Below, piece by piece: positions 59,610-59,903 of a stretch of 59,903 nt of DNA (the stretch's first letter is position 1; each line of letters opens with the position of its first letter). The notes beneath the pieces were generated by a model, which was not told the DNA's origin, searched no databases, and worked only from the letters and a program-made list of their open reading frames with translations. The position numbers were made by a program, and so were the translations under genes. The DNA comes from Candidatus Poseidoniales archaeon. Lineage in GTDB: Archaea > Thermoplasmatota > Poseidoniia > Poseidoniales > Poseidoniaceae. The DNA lies in assembly GCA_003602575.1 (NCBI GenBank), contig QQRY01000021.1, forward strand, positions 1-59,903, given 5' to 3'.

Positions 59610-59903
59610 ATGTTCTCTGGCTCAGTAGATTCTATCAGTCATGAAGGTGGCTTACTTCTTACTTTTAGTGGGTCTTCACCGGCTCTTGATTCGATTATAA
59701 TTAGATCATCTGATGGAGTATATATCGGTAAAATTGACGGAGTATTAGGCAATACAGATTCGCCAATGGCTCATGTTGGACATATCGACCGAAAGTTGGA
59801 TCTTAATTCCTTGATTGGTGAGGAAGTCACTATTCGTGCTAAAAAGCCTAGAGAAGAAAGATATCCTTCACGTGATAGAAGAGATGGCGGTGGACGTAGA
59901 GAT
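59610..59903 (+). CDS. partial Gar1/Naf1-like H/ACA RNP protein with R/D/G-rich extension
   Basis: Own translation MFSGSVDSISHEGGLLL...YIGKIDGVLGNTDSPMAHV...RDRRDGGGRRD; open to the window end. Confidence 0.55.
   Translation, partial: MFSGSVDSISHEGGLLLTFSGSSPALDSIIIRSSDGVYIGKIDGVLGNTDSPMAHVGHIDRKLDLNSLIGEEVTIRAKKPREERYPSRDRRDGGGRRD

Overview
AT-rich, gene-dense archaeal chromosomal segment. RpoK, PurP, AroA'/AroB', GHMP shikimate kinase, RibL, a Gar1-like gene and GGTGA-type ribosome-binding sites occur alongside many bacterial-type genes (orn, gpsA, PlsC-like acyltransferase, kynA, alpha-type riboflavin synthase). This mix suggests Marine Group II Euryarchaeota (Poseidoniales), by inference. 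About 57 CDS and one tRNA-Ser(GCT); no mobile element or CRISPR array seen. The standout is a putative iron-acquisition locus at about 49.2-54.7 kb. Its 'PhnD-like' lipoprotein is a two-lobed transferrin-like protein that keeps the Asp/Tyr/Tyr/His iron ligands (Asp replaced by Glu in lobe 2) and the SCHTG anion-binding motif. It lies upstream of PhnC/PhnE-type ABC genes and next to a membrane-anchored HmuY-like protein and a YbaN-family gene. The transferrin-like and HmuY-like promoters share TTAGG-N4-CCTAA palindromes resembling DtxR/SirR-family operators. Other notable loci: a 4-hydroxybenzoyl-CoA-reductase-like molybdoenzyme with maturation genes, G3P/acyltransferase lipid genes, an aspartokinase-containing shikimate operon and a mosaic riboflavin operon. 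All protein calls come from motif recognition by eye, not database searches.
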